Source: Podarcis tiliguerta (lineage: Eukaryota). From it: a stretch of DNA of 64,000 bases. The translations under genes and the position numbers were made by a program. A model generated the notes under the pieces. It searched no databases, was not told the DNA's origin, and saw only the letters and a program-made list of their open reading frames with translations. The number at the start of each line of letters is the position of its first letter. Positions within the stretch are counted from its first letter, which is position 1. Positions 11,101 through 22,654 of this stretch are shown in pieces. The stretch is from assembly GCA_965153285.1 (NCBI GenBank), contig OZ229110.1. One strand, 5' to 3'.

Positions 11101-13003
11101 TTCTGATGAACAATGAGCAAATTATTTTATTTTTGTTTCAGATGTTCTCTTGACCAGGTATACTGCAACTTATAGTCAGGTGATGGTTATCATTTGGTTC
11201 CATCACCACCCTAACTGATAAAATATGGAAGTATGGAACCAGAGGACTGGTCCACTTGTGGAGTGGGAAATGGTGCAAGAATAGGAAGCAGATGGTAGGA
11301 ACAACAGTTGTCACAACAGAGAGGCTCTCCAAGCATCTGAACTGGGATAAGTATTGGGAACTTTAACTTATTTATATATTATCCAATGAGGCAGCCAAGT
11401 TTGCAGATGATAGCAAATTATTCAAGTGTGGTGAAAAGTCAAACAGACCATGAAAAACTCCAAAATGATTTGTCCACAACAGAAAACAAAATGGCAAAGG
11501 AAATGCAGCGCAAATAGTTATAAAGTGATAGACATTGAGGCAATATGGGATCTGAGCTGCCTATATCTACCTAACAAAGGTACCTTGGGATTTTGCTACT
11601 ATGTCAACATAAGTGAAAAATTAAGATTATTTTTTTGGTTTAGGATTAATAGGTTTAACAGAAAATGTTAAGGTATTATAACGACTTTATACAAACAAAT
11701 AGTGCTTTCACTTCAGGAACACTGTTCTTTGTATCCAGACTTAAGAAGGGCATGGCAGAGGGGCAACCAAAAATATTAAAGTGTTGGAATACCTTCCCTT
11801 CAAGGATAAGTCAAAGTATTTGAAGTTTTTAGTCTAGAAAAAAGGCAACTAAAGCTTATCAAATGATAAATAGTACACAGAGAGTAGATACTTCCCCACC
11901 CCATCTCATAATGCAAGGAGGTAAAGGTCAGGCAGTGAAACTGATTGGTAGTAAATTCAGGGCAAAGGAGAGTAGTTTTTCCAATGATACACAATTAACT
12001 AATGAAATTTACTTTCCCAAGATGTGGTGATGAGCCACTGGCTGATCAGTTATTGATTTAAAGCACTTTCACTCGACTCTTTGGCCAAAAGAGATAAATA
12101 ACATGCAAGACAACTCCTGCCCTCAAGTTTGCAACATAAAACGCAGGACACAGAAGCGGGGGAAAAGGAGTGGGCGTGAAGGGCTTCCTTCCAGGGAATG
12201 AATGTGCCTGGTCACCACTGGAAACAAAATAATGGACCAGATGGACTCTGGGTTTGATCTAGCAGAGCTCTTACGGATTGGAAAGTAACTGCCCTGCATC
12301 TACCCAAGGTTGTAACAGAAGTCACCAACAAGGTGAGCTATCTTGGAGCATCGAGTGTGACCTGGGCGCTTTCAAACAGGAGGTTATCAAACCGGTGATT
12401 GAAACAGGCTGCAGGCACTGAAACAGGCAGGTCACCCAAACGGGAAGTGGCAGAGGGCTGCCCGAAGAACACAATTTAAAAAATTAGGGTACAGTACTCT
12501 TAGCAAGATGCAAAGCAAAGGGGTTCATTCGAGCAGATCTCCCTCCAAATCCGAGTCCAAAGGTCTGGAGGATTTGGAGAAGGGACACACACACACCCCA
12601 GTCATTTATTTCCTCTCTCGCTTGGGACTGCCACCTTCCGACCTGGCACAACTCCCGCTCCTCTAACAGCTGCTGGGGAAAACTTCACCTGCCGGACTTC
12701 TGCCGGCCGCGCAGCTCTGAAGCCGCGCCCACACCATCTTCTGCGGGGGGGGGGAGGTAAATGGCAAACCTTTCCCCGCCGCGACACTGCGTTGGAGAAA
12801 GGGAGCTGGGATTCCTCAACGCCCCCTCCCCGCCGGCTTCGGTCTCCCCGGCTCGCCCCCCGCCTACCTGGCAACAGGTAAGAGAGGCCGCGCACGGTGC
12901 TCTCCAGCTGAGCCGTGGCCGCCGGGTGTCGCTTCACGTAGTCCTGGTAGCGGCCGCACAGGTGCCGCAACCTCCCTAGCGGCCCCTGCGCGGATCCTGC
13001 CAT
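2162..13003 (-). CDS. PEX16: PEX16 peroxisomal membrane biogenesis factor, full CDS: join of 11 exons (13003-12868, 10708-10673, 8978-8902, 7268-7135, 6363-6263, 5684-5604, 5044-4892, 4621-4549, 3655-3536, 3317-3253, 2220-2162); 1035 nt, 344 aa
   Basis: The spliced translation is one continuous [73 protein letters not shown]...[19 protein letters not shown], recognisable as vertebrate PEX16. All introns are GT-AG and phases are consistent. Confidence 0.97.
2800..2960 (+). mobile_element. Degraded LINE-1-type endonuclease fragment in PEX16 intron 10
   Basis: Translation [15 protein letters not shown]...[14 protein letters not shown] resembles the APE-like endonuclease motifs GDFN..LD..D and YTFYS..H of L1 ORF2. 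Confidence 0.6.
3253..3317 (-). CDS. PEX16: PEX16 exon 10 (65 nt)
   Basis: [21 protein letters not shown]; cttcag / gtaagt. Confidence 0.96.
3536..3655 (-). CDS. PEX16: PEX16 exon 9 (120 nt)
   Basis: [41 protein letters not shown]; ctgcag / gtaagg. Confidence 0.96.
4212..4320 (+). mobile_element. L2-type LINE 3' end
   Basis: Typical squamate tail gttagccgccctgagcc...gggcggggtataaataaaatt. Confidence 0.55.
4549..4621 (-). CDS. PEX16: PEX16 exon 8 (73 nt)
   Basis: [24 protein letters not shown]; preceded by a TTCCTTAAC branch site; donor AAG|gtcagt. Confidence 0.95.
4622..4891 (-). other. PEX16: U12-type (minor spliceosome) GT-AG intron, PEX16 intron 7 (270 nt)
   Basis: 5' end GTATCCTCC; perfect U12 branch sequence TTCCTTAAC at 4642-4634, ~12 nt before the AG; no long polypyrimidine tract between branch site and AG. 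Confidence 0.93.
4892..5044 (-). CDS. PEX16: PEX16 exon 7 (153 nt)
   Basis: [19 protein letters not shown]...[23 protein letters not shown]; ends at the U12-type donor gtatcct. Confidence 0.95.
5106..5285 (-). mobile_element. L2-type LINE 3' end with (AGT)n(AAT)n microsatellite tail
   Basis: ccctgcccatctggctgggtttccccagccactctggg core, near-identical to the copy at 57590-57860. Confidence 0.7.
5604..5684 (-). CDS. PEX16: PEX16 exon 6 (81 nt)
   Basis: [27 protein letters not shown] (YVGKR.sRVVR motif); gacag / gtgagt. Confidence 0.92.
6263..6363 (-). CDS. PEX16: PEX16 exon 5 (101 nt)
   Basis: [33 protein letters not shown]; cacag / gtgagt. Confidence 0.95.
6798..7003. mobile_element. Tc1/mariner(Tigger)-type MITE
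   Basis: TIRs cagtggtacctctggtta / taaccagaggtaccactt flanked by TA; same family as 44318-44519. Confidence 0.8.
7135..7268 (-). CDS. PEX16: PEX16 exon 4 (134 nt)
   Basis: [45 protein letters not shown]; ttttcag / gtgagt. Confidence 0.95.
8902..8978 (-). CDS. PEX16: PEX16 exon 3 (77 nt)
   Basis: [26 protein letters not shown]; ag acceptor and gtaag donor. Confidence 0.95.
9830..10060 (+). mobile_element. L2 LINE ORF2 fragment (degraded)
   Basis: [21 protein letters not shown]-like translation. Confidence 0.6.
10673..10708 (-). CDS. PEX16: PEX16 exon 2 (36 nt)
   Basis: ttttccag|GT CGG TTT TCT GAC TCT CAT GAA CTG TCT GAG CTG G|gtaagt = (G)[11 protein letters not shown]. Confidence 0.95.
11350..12040 (+). 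mobile_element. CR1 LINE reverse-transcriptase / 3' fragments (degraded)
   Basis: AKFADDSKL motif (~11393-11420) and CR1-like tttagtctagaaaaaaggcaacta. Confidence 0.65.
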
Positions 13004-14050
13004 GGCGGATCCAGAGACGGGTGCGCGCCTGCGTGCGTGCGTGCCCCCGCAGCACAGCCGCCCCCCACTCCCCGCCTTTCCCCGCAGCAGCCGGCGACCC
13101 ACGAACCCGCTCCGAGAACGCCTGACCAAGCACGCATGCGCGCGCGCTTCCGGGTCGGACTTTGCTTTTTTGGGGACACGCCTCCTCCGTCTCCCGACTC
13201 TGCTCTTTTATTTCTCCCCCCGCCCCTACACTCGCTCCGCGCCTGCGCAGCTCCTGACCCTGCGATGGAGAGAGAAACGAACCAATCGAGCGCCGAGCGA
13301 AAGAACCGGGGTGGTGGGGAGGCGAGTGAGTCGAGCGAGGAGCGGCTCGGAGGAGCAGGTGCCGGCTTGGAGGAGGAGGAGGAGAGTTGGAAGGAAGGGT
13401 TGGACTGGAGAGCGAGGCGAGGAGGGCGCGAGCGCGGCTCGGTCAGGCTGCGCGCATCTTGCGTGGTGGAGAAGCGGGCGCGCATTACCACAGGCGCAGA
13501 GGGTTGAGGAGGCATCCCTTCGCTTCAGGGAGAGACCCCTCGCGAGCAGCTCAGCGCGGGCAGGTGCTCAGCGCTCCCTTGCCAGGAGAGGCTGCCTTGG
13601 CTGCGCCTTGCAGGTGCGTCGTGAGGACGGTGCCCGCCGTCAGCGGGTCCCTCTTTTGGGGGAAATATGAGTTGTGTGGGAAAGCTGCATGAATCTGGGC
13701 AAGGGGACGACGAGCTGCTGTTGGCGGCAGGTGCGTTGCCCGCCCGGCGCCTCCCCTTTGTCCCGCTTTATTGCTTGGCGGAGGCAAAGGCAGCAGGTGG
13801 CCGACGGCACAGCACCTGGGATGTGGGGCAGCAGCCTTCGGGGCGCGCGGTCTGAACGGGGAGCTGGGAAAGTGAGGAGGCTGGAAAAAGAACAGCCCTT
13901 TCCCCCTCCAGAGGCACCCTCCTCTCCCTGAAATACACGACCCGTCACCGCCACCGTAAAAATTTTTAAAGCTCCCAAAGGGGCGCCTTCCGTTTCCTCG
14001 AGTTATTTTAGCGCCCTAGAGCGCTCGGCTCGCCTTTTGGCCGCCGCATG
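12630..14050. promoter_or_regulatory. CpG island / PEX16 promoter with bidirectional-promoter motifs
   Basis: Very high GC and CpG density spanning PEX16 exon 1. NRF1-like CGCATGCGC (~13133) and GCGCCTGCGCA (~13239), ETS CTTCCGG (~13148), GC box CCCCGCCCC (~13218), CCAAT (13282). Confidence 0.85.
12868..13003 (-). CDS. PEX16: PEX16 coding exon 1
   Basis: ATG at 13003 in GCCATGG context; encodes [28 protein letters not shown]; donor CAG|gtaggc. Confidence 0.95.
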
Positions 14051-15454
14051 TGTGAAATCAGAAGTAATAATAACTCGAGCTGTAGTAAGAGTTCTTTGCT
14101 AGCAGTAGTAAAAGTTCCTTTCCTTGTTGGTCCTTCTGCAGAACTGCTAAGTCTGAAATTATCTTCCTTCTGTTAATTACACCTTCTTCATCATTTAGCG
14201 ATAGATGTGCAGGGCTGCGATCCGAAGCATGCTTTCTTCCAAGTAAATGTGATGGTCTTGCTCCCAAGTTAATACGACCCGGGCCAAACTATATCGAGTC
14301 TTTCCCTGCAGTGGTAAATTTCTAATTCGAGATGTGTGAGAGCTCTGACCTGTTTGGAAGCTCTGCTGCCTAATTAATATTTGGGTGAATATGTGGTTAA
14401 TTGGTGGCAATGAAGGAAATGTATTCTCCATATCCTCAGAGAAGGTCATCTTCATATATTTTTATAGCTTACCTATTCAGAGGCTAAGCAGCCCCATGAG
14501 CCTGAGAGGCCATGATTCTAGGGAGCTTTTGTAATTGACATGAAATTTGAACCTGTGCAAAGTGAGCCCTATGCATGCTTTGGGTGGAAAAGGGGCATGA
14601 TCTTCCAAAGAATGCATAGGGGAAATGGCCTTAAGATACTCCTGTGTCTTCTTGGAACTTCTGGTAGGTTAGGGTAATTCTTTTCAATGGGACCTATCTC
14701 TCATTTTATTCCTACAACAATGTCTAGATTTGTGAGATAGTGGATGGACTAAGATGATCCAGGGAGTTTCATGGTTTCTCTGGTTCTAGTGTGGCACTCT
14801 AATCACTGCACCATATTGCCACTTCGGTCATAATATATAATGTTTAATATATTGGCTAACCATGGATAGGGGCAAATCATATCTGAGAGATATATATAGC
14901 AAGCATGAGCTTTCTGAGCAAAAACCTCTGTCATGCAGCTAGTGAACTATTGTTAATCTCTTTTTTACATTCTGTGCTGCCATTTGGCCCTCAATAGTTT
15001 CCCAGGGTCCTCAACAATGCGATACAAATTGCAGTTAAAACACTAAAACAGCAGCATAAGAACAATTAACCCCCTCCTCAGATTTTTTTTTAGTGGTTGT
15101 CAAGCCAACAAATAGGTTCTTGACTTTGAAAGCTAATATTACAATAAATGGGAAGATTTTAAGTCTTTGTCTTGTTGCAGCTTGGTATTTGTGTATTTTA
15201 TTTACTTTTATGCTGCCAATAAGCCTTTGTTTCCCCTTCATACATGGAGAGTGTCTGATGTAAGTACTTGTGCAGCCCAGGGCTGTTCCTGTAAGTCCTT
15301 TTGGGTTCAGTGAGACTCCCAATTACATAGGCATGGGATTGTGTTAGGCTTAATGTTCAAGTGCCTCAGAACTATTATCTTTATAAATCAAGCTGATGGT
15401 TTAAGAATTTCAGTCATAACACATACCGTACATTGGTTGCAGGGATGATTGTAT

Positions 15455-15819
15455 GGGAGCGGGTGGTGCTGTGGTCTAAACCACTGAGCCTCTTGGGTTT
15501 GCTGATCAGAAGGTTAGCGGTTCAAATCCCTGCGACAGGGCGAGCTCCCATTGCTCTGTCCCAGGTTCTGCCAACTTAGCAGTTTGAAAGCACACCAGTG
15601 CAAGTAGATAAATAGGTACCACTGCGGCAGGAAGGTAAATGGCGTTTCCGTGTGCTCTGGTTTCCGTCATGGTGTTCCATTGTGCCAGAAGCGGTTTAGT
15701 CATGCTGGCCACCTGTCTGTGGACAAATGCTGGCTCCATCGGCCTGAAAGCGAGATGAGCACCACAACCCCATGGTCGCCTTTGACTGGCCTTAAGCGTC
15801 CAGGGGTCCTTTACCTTTA
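15455..15819 (+). mobile_element. Sauria SINE, full length
   Basis: tRNA-like head (gggagcgggtggtgctgtgg...ggttcaaatcc), core gtgcaagtagataaataggtacc, ACCTTT tail. Confidence 0.9.
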
Positions 15820-16331
15820 TGTGATGCATGATTCAGTAAATAAAGTAAAAAACACAAGGCACCTTTACTCATAATCTTGAAAGCCTACCGTATTGTCATG
15901 AACATAGTTTTGACAGAAATTTGCTGTGGCAATTTCAGAAGTACCTACTCGTTTCCTGTTAGGGTTGGACAGACCTGTGAGCCAGATGGTTATTCCCAAT
16001 TTACAGATAGACAACTTTTCCAAAGCCATCTAGTGAGCCTATATACTGAAGTAGAAACAGATTCTTATTACCTTGCTAATTCTGGTAGCAATCATATGTT
16101 GGTGGAGGTTGGGAAAGAAAATCTGCTTGATGCTTCCAATAGAGGTAGCCTTGGTGTGAATCAGTCCTGTCTACTGCTGTTTAGCATCCTGAGGGAATTG
16201 AGCTGGTATGTGGCAGTGTCTGGTGGGAGTGTATTCACATGCTGCTTATTGTCATGGTGCTTTGATTCCATCCTTTTGTCAACCACAACAGGGGGCCAAT
16301 ACAGTATATGAATAACTGGAACTCCAGATCC

Positions 16332-16384
16332 CTTTCTTTCTCTTTCTCTTTCTCTTTCTCTTTCTCTTTCTCTTTCTCTTTCTC
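16332..16384. repeat. (TTTCTC)n microsatellite
   Basis: Direct inspection. Confidence 0.9.
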
Positions 16385-17644
16385 CAAAGGGTGCCTTTGC
16401 AGGACAGACAGAAAAGGTTGGTTGGCTGGTTAGTAACATTCTTTGCACTTGGGGAGGCAGTATTACTGTTGTTGACACTTGCCAGATGGTCTCCTCAGAT
16501 CCTGGCAAAAGGCTTTAGGCTGCAAACCCAGGCATACTTACCTGGGAAGAAGCTCCCCTGATTGCAATAGGATTGTATTTGGTTTTTAAGGGTTGAGTGA
16601 AGGATGGGGTAGGCATATAAGCCTTACTGCCAGCTCTACCTATTCCCATTAGCAAAGGATTCAGAAGAGCTTTGTTCTCCAGTACAGTTGATGTTCCAGT
16701 AGTGCTAAACATACTTATGGAAAGTTTAGGAGTGCAGCTCACCCGCCACCACCCACAACTGTGTCCCGGTTTCTTAATGCTGGAGTAAGGTAATGCAAAG
16801 TAGGAGCCAGTAGATGCAGGCAAGCTTATGTGTGCATGAAAGTTTAATTAGCTGGGGAAGGGGAAAAAATATGCTGTTTGCTAGGAGGGAAAGAAGCTGA
16901 AGGGAGTGATTGGGCGGGACGGGGGCGGGACTGGAGGCCCAAAGGGGTATGCAGTTGAACACAGATAATTAATGGCAAAGGTCAGCAGGGAGTTTGGCCA
17001 CCTGACCTCCACATGGCGTAACCAGTCGCCCAGAGAAGGGAGAGAAGAAGCTAAATGTGGGTCATGTTGGGATTTGCTGGCAGAGTTTGAAATATTGCTC
17101 CTTGAATTTTGTTGCTGTGCTTTGTGGCAGAGTGGAGGGAGAGTGAAGGACTTTTGTACTTGAGATGCTATATTTCAGAAAGTGAAAATCAGAACAGAAA
17201 AGTTGAACTTTTCTTTTGCAAAATCTCAAAGAAATGAGCTATTTCTGAGGGAAATCAGCAAAAACAACACTGCTGACACTGGACACAGCTTGCGGCTGCA
17301 GTATTCTGGATATGTACTGGAAATTCCGGACGTATGACAACCCTAATTCACAGTCCCCTGCCATGTGCATATACCTACAGGCCATCTTTTCAATATGAAG
17401 GCTACAGTCATTCCACTTAGTAAAATATAAAGCCTAAGTATCAGAATTGGATTGGGTATTTTGGCTTTCATATCCTACAAATATTATCCATTCAGGTTGC
17501 AAATATGGTGTAAGTCCCAGAGTGATTTTAAAAACGCATGCAGCACCTCCCAATTTTGATAATATATTTAACAGGATTTATATACCGCTTGATTGCAGGA
17601 AAATCTCTAAGCAGTTTACAGAAATACATACTAAAACCTGATCT

Positions 17645-17780
17645 CTGTGGCTCAGTGCATCTGCCTGTGTCAACCAGAAGGTTGGTGGTTCAAACCCACC
17701 CTGAGATGGCTGTGGGCAGGATTCCTGCACTGAAGGGGAATGACCCCTGGGGTCACTTCCAACACTACAGTTCTATGATG
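17645..17780 (+). mobile_element. tRNA-headed SINE with CR1-like tail (degraded)
   Basis: A/B-box-like tggctcagt...ggttcaaaccc; tail cttccaacactacagttctatgat. Confidence 0.5.
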
Positions 17781-17959
17781 CCATCTTAAAATTATTGATT
17801 AAAAACAGTTAAAAAGAGGTATCTTAAGATTATTGAAGTAAATGCTGGCACACTAAAATACTGATTTCTTATAAGTGAGTATTATGTAGTACCAGTTTCA
17901 CAAACTGAAGTGGTTGAGTGGGGTAAGGCAGGTAAAAAGGTCCTAACTACTAAGTGTTT

Positions 17960-18700
17960 TCCAGATCAAGCACAAGGGAAGCCCCACGTGGAGTACACTG
18001 CAGTAATCCAAACTTGAAGTCACCAGTGCCTGAACTACTGTGGTCAGGTTCTCTGGTCCAGGAATGAATGTGGCTGTCACAAGGTTACAACTGGTAAAAG
18101 GGGCTTCTAGCAACTGAGGCTACCCTGGGCCTCCAGTGACAGAGCTGGATCAAGAAACACCCCCAAACTGAAAACTCTTCCTTCGGGGACAGTGCAAAAC
18201 TGTCCAGGGCAAGCAGTTGACCAATTTCTTGGATGCAGGAGCCACTAACCCATAGTGCCTCTGTCTTGCCAGAATTAAAGCTAAGCTTATTTTCCTTCCT
18301 CCATCTCACCACTCCACCTAGGCCACCAGCCCAGGGCCCACACAGCTTCATTCAGATGTTACGGAGAAATGAAACTGAGTGTAGTTAGCATTCTGATAGC
18401 ATCTTGCTCCCAATGATCACCCCCAGAGGCTTCGTGTAGCATTAAATAGCTCTGGAGATAGAATAGTGCTCTGCAGCACCCCATAGCGTAACCACCAGGG
18501 GGCTGAAAAGCACTCTTCCAGTGCTGTGCCCTCTTGATTCAGTCTCTTGGCTTGCGAGATCAAGAAGCAGGAACAAGGTTGTGCTCTCCTTGTTCCTCTC
18601 TCTGTGAAGGTCATCCATCATGTCAGCCATGGTCAACTCAGTCCCATGGCCTGGCCTGAATGCAGATTGGAGTGGAACTAAATAATCTGTGATAATGAGG
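17960..18700 (-). mobile_element. L2 LINE reverse transcriptase fragment with frameshifts
   Basis: QSAFRPGHGTE...LLLDL, GVLQSTILSPELFN, NKLSFNSGKTE and VARSPFYQL motifs spread over several frames. Confidence 0.85.
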
Positions 18701-19457
18701 GCATTGAGTGTGGATAAATATGGAAAATGCATTCAGTGCTTCTGATCTCTGTGAACCACATTTCTGCTCTTGCACTTTAAGTTTAATGAATGAACAGAAT
18801 GAACAGTGTCCCTGACTTCAGTTACACTCTGTTCTTCCATTAATTTTTTTTCTGGAAACATAGGACTTAAAGCCAGTATAACCTTAAAATGTTATCTGAA
18901 CTTGGCAGAAGATGAAAGGCATAAGGCGCAGCTTTTTAGAGACTCTCTTTGTTTGCTGGAGCTGGAAAATATTCCAACGGGGCCTGCAGAGAACTCTAAA
19001 AGCAGAGAGCAGAGGAAGTAGAGAAGCAGCCTCCTTACTAGTCTTATTAATGCTTTAATTGAAATATGTTCTTGGGAGTGTTGAGGCTGCAAAGGACTGT
19101 AGATTCCGGTCTCTTTGCTTTTGGCACCTGTTCTGGGGTATATTTTCTTAGCATTTGGAGTTAAATGCCGGCAGAAGCTGACCTGAAGCAGAATCCTTGT
19201 TGGAGAAGCACACTTTCCCTGGATGTAATCACGTGGAGACTCTCGGTTTAAGAAAACAAAGTGAATATTTATTACTGGAAATACGTGTCGATAGCCAAAT
19301 AGAATGGGAATCTTTCCTAAGGTTGAGATGTGATGAGCCATGCTTGCTCTTGTGTCTCAAGAGAAGAGAGATCCAAAATATGTCTGCTGGGAAGATATGT
19401 CAAGAGGAAAGCATGAAGAAGAAAAGGAGGGAATAAGAAGTAAAGTCAGCAACTGAC

Positions 19458-19729
19458 TAGGGTTGCCATGGGTCCTCTTTTTCCAGGACATGTCCTCTTT
19501 TTCAGAGGGAAAAATTCTGTCTGGGTGGATTTTTTAAATTTGCCAAAATGTCTCTGGCTATACTTTCTGGATGAGATACACATATAACTGGTGGTTAAAG
19601 ACTTGCTTTCCTCTTCTCTTCTCCTGCCCCCCTTAGCAATATATCACAGCTTCTATAGCCTACATACTGTAGGGAGATGAGAGTCATCATTGCGTCCTCT
19701 TTTTTGCTCTTCAGAATATGGCAACCCTA
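19458..19729. mobile_element. hAT (Blackjack-like) MITE
   Basis: Terminal inverted repeats tagggttgccat / atggcaacccta. Confidence 0.65.
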
Positions 19730-22015
19730 CCTAAGAGTATCCATCTAGCTTTGAAGGAAGATGAACACAAGGACAGTCTAGGAAGGTTGGAGGTTCCTCT
19801 CTCTCTGCCCTTTCTCATGCAGATACACAAGCCCACAGCGCAAGCTGAGTTGCACCTCGACACTCCCAGCATATTCCATACCACTCTAAGCTACTCATCC
19901 AAGTGTGTTACTGTTCATGTTTAGCCTGGTAATGAAAGCTGAAAGTCCTTGGAAAGCATTTTGCCAGTCTTCAAGAATTGTCTTAGTGCAGGGGACCTGA
20001 GATTCTGCATGCATCTTTGCATCACAGAAGGCACCCCAAGGCCAGGAGGGGCTCTGCAGCTCCCATTAATTTTCTACCCTTCAGGACAGCTTGCTTTACT
20101 GCTAGCAACTTGTGTTTCAGCTGGAGTTATCTCTTTCTGAATGGGGCTGTTACAAGGGACTTGTTGGAGGGCTTGATCTGAGGGTTGCATTTCCTTGTAA
20201 TGTTTGGTCCATTGTGCAGAGCTGTTTAAATTAAGCATCCGCTCCTCTTTATTTCGAAAAAGGTCAACCCCACTGCAAATGCTGATGGTATAACAAAGGA
20301 TTTCTCTAAGCTCTTGAAATAAGTATTTCCCCTAGAGGCAGAACCTTCACAAAAGCCTCTTCCCAACCCCTTATTTGCCAAGGCAATCCCACAACTGGGT
20401 TGAGAGGTGGGCTTGTAGTGGAGAAGGGAGGACGGTAGTGCTTAACCTGCCTTCCCTAACCTGGTGTTCTTCAGCCATTTTGGACTGCAACTCCCATTGA
20501 TCCCCAGCTAGCACAGCTTCGGAGGCTGGGGCTGATGGGAGTCATAGTCCATGGGCGAAGGCACCAGGCTGGGGAAGGCTGGGTTAAGAATTTTCATGCT
20601 GACCGATTCTCCTCATAAATGCTATTCTGCATGCTGAGGGGAAAGGAGTAAAACCCCGGAAGATGTTTTCAAGGGAGAGTTGGCAGCCATGAGTTGGGTT
20701 AAGCACCCCCTTCCACCTGCCTGTCCTCTCCTGCAGATGTGCCTTCTAACATTAGCATTTTGAGGCAGCCTCAAATGCAGCTTCAAGTGAAACTGCTTGT
20801 TCAAGCTGTCTGATTTTGTCTCCTCTCCCCCATTGGATAGGGTGCTGGGGTGAGTGGGGGAATGAAAATTCTCTTTGTCAACTTCCTTTCATTCAGGGGT
20901 CTCAGGATCCATGCCCATATATCTACGATAGATTATATTGTCACTAATAATGCATTGGCAATTGTTGATATAGGCTCCTTGCAAAAGATAAATCAGGTCC
21001 TAGAACCTCGCAAGCTTAAAATTCAAGGAACAGACAGTGCAAGAATTGTGGAAGAATTGTACTAGCCCTAGCCTTCTCGACTTGAGTTTGGTGAGAGACT
21101 CATTTGCAGTAACTATTTGGGGATTCACTGAAGGACAGTGCTTGCCAATTCAGCTGTGACTCATGCTTCATGGCAACCTAAGCCAGCTGGCATTATTGCA
21201 AGGTTCTCCGAATAGAAAGTGTTATCACTAGTGATCTACAAAAAAAAAAAAAAAAAAAGGAGTGTAGACCCTGGATTTTCATTTAGGCAAAATCCAATTC
21301 TTATGGCTTGGCAACATTATTTTATGTTCTGTTGATTCCAGCTGATAACGGCTAAGATCAGACAATTATAATGTGAGTCCAGTAAAGATAGCAAAACATA
21401 CATGTAAATTCTAACCTACCTGTATTGTATTTTGCCGCAACAATTGGGCTACCATAAGAAGAAAAATATTGTAAGTTGCTGTGTTTAGATCAATTCAAAA
21501 AGGCTTCTCCTGGCTCCCCTATTCCTAGTTGTCAGGCTGACTTCATTATAGGGTGGGGAGGGGGGAATCACACCAGGCACTGCAGGCCATCCTCACGTGG
21601 TTCCTCAAAGAGGCCCCATCTGGTTGCAGAGACCTCTTTCAGAGCTGTGAAAGAAGTGGTCTCCATCTTGATCTAGACAGGAAGTGACAAGACACTGTCA
21701 AGCATGATGCCCCATACCAATAACGTCCAATGTATTAAAAATCATAAGGAATTGAGGTGTGTACCTCAGTGTGCTTTGGACCTCAGGTCAGCGACCCACA
21801 GGGCAAGCATAGAATTGTGTCCAGCCTGACAACTGGCTTGGGCACAACATACTGTAAACCACACCTCATTTCCTAATTCATTTTTACCTATATTGGCTGC
21901 TATTGGCCTGAGGCACCTTGCTTGAGCACGACTTGAACCCAAACAAAGTACTGTGCTGGGTGTGACTATGTGATAGCAGGTTATGATAATGACTGTTAAA
22001 CAACAACATTCTGTA

Positions 22016-22270
22016 CAGTCGTACCTTGGTTCTCAAACGCCTTGTGACTCGAATGTTTTGGCTCCTTAACGCCACAAAGCCAGAAGTGAGTGTTCTTTGG
22101 AACCTGAACAGATTCTTTAGAACCTGAACATCTGACGCTGCTTCCGTGACTTCCGATTGAATGCATGAAGCTCCTGCGGCCAATCAAAAACCATGCCTTG
22201 GTTTTCAAACATTTTCAGAAGTCGAATGGACTTCCAGCACGGATTCTGTTCAAGAACCAAGGTACGACTG
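22016..22270. mobile_element. Tc1/mariner-type MITE
   Basis: Perfect 18-bp TIRs cagtcgtaccttggttct / agaaccaaggtacgactg with TA duplication. Confidence 0.85.
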
Positions 22271-22315
22271 TATGTCAATGCTGGTATAGTGAAGGAAATT
22301 TACAATACGTATAAA

Positions 22316-22654
22316 GGGACGCGCGTGGCACCACAGACCTAGGACTTACCGATCAGAAGGTCGGCGGTTCGAATTCTCGCAACGGGGTGAGCTCCCGTTG
22401 CTCGGTTCCTGCTCCTGCCAACCTAGCAGTTCGAAAGCACGTCAAAGTGTAAGTAGATAAATAGGTACCGCTCTGGCGGGAAGGTAAACAGTGTTGCTGT
22501 GCGCTGCTCTGTTTTGCCATAAGTGGTTTAGTCATGCTGGCCACATGACCCGGAAGCTGTATGCCGGCTCCCTCGGCCAATAAAGTGAGATGAGCGCCGC
22601 AACCCCAGAGTCGGTCACGACTGGACCTAATGGTTAGGGGTCCCTTACCTTTTA
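22316..22654 (+). mobile_element. Sauria SINE
   Basis: gggacgcg head, B box ggttcgaattc, gtagataaataggtacc core, accttt tail. Confidence 0.9.

Noticed and set aside
13002-13670. 222-aa plus-strand ORF starting at the same CCATGG palindrome as PEX16
   Set aside because: Arg/Ala/Gly/Pro-rich with no recognisable domain. Long ORFs occur in all frames of this stop-poor CpG island, and the ATG lies on the wrong side of the likely divergent TSS.
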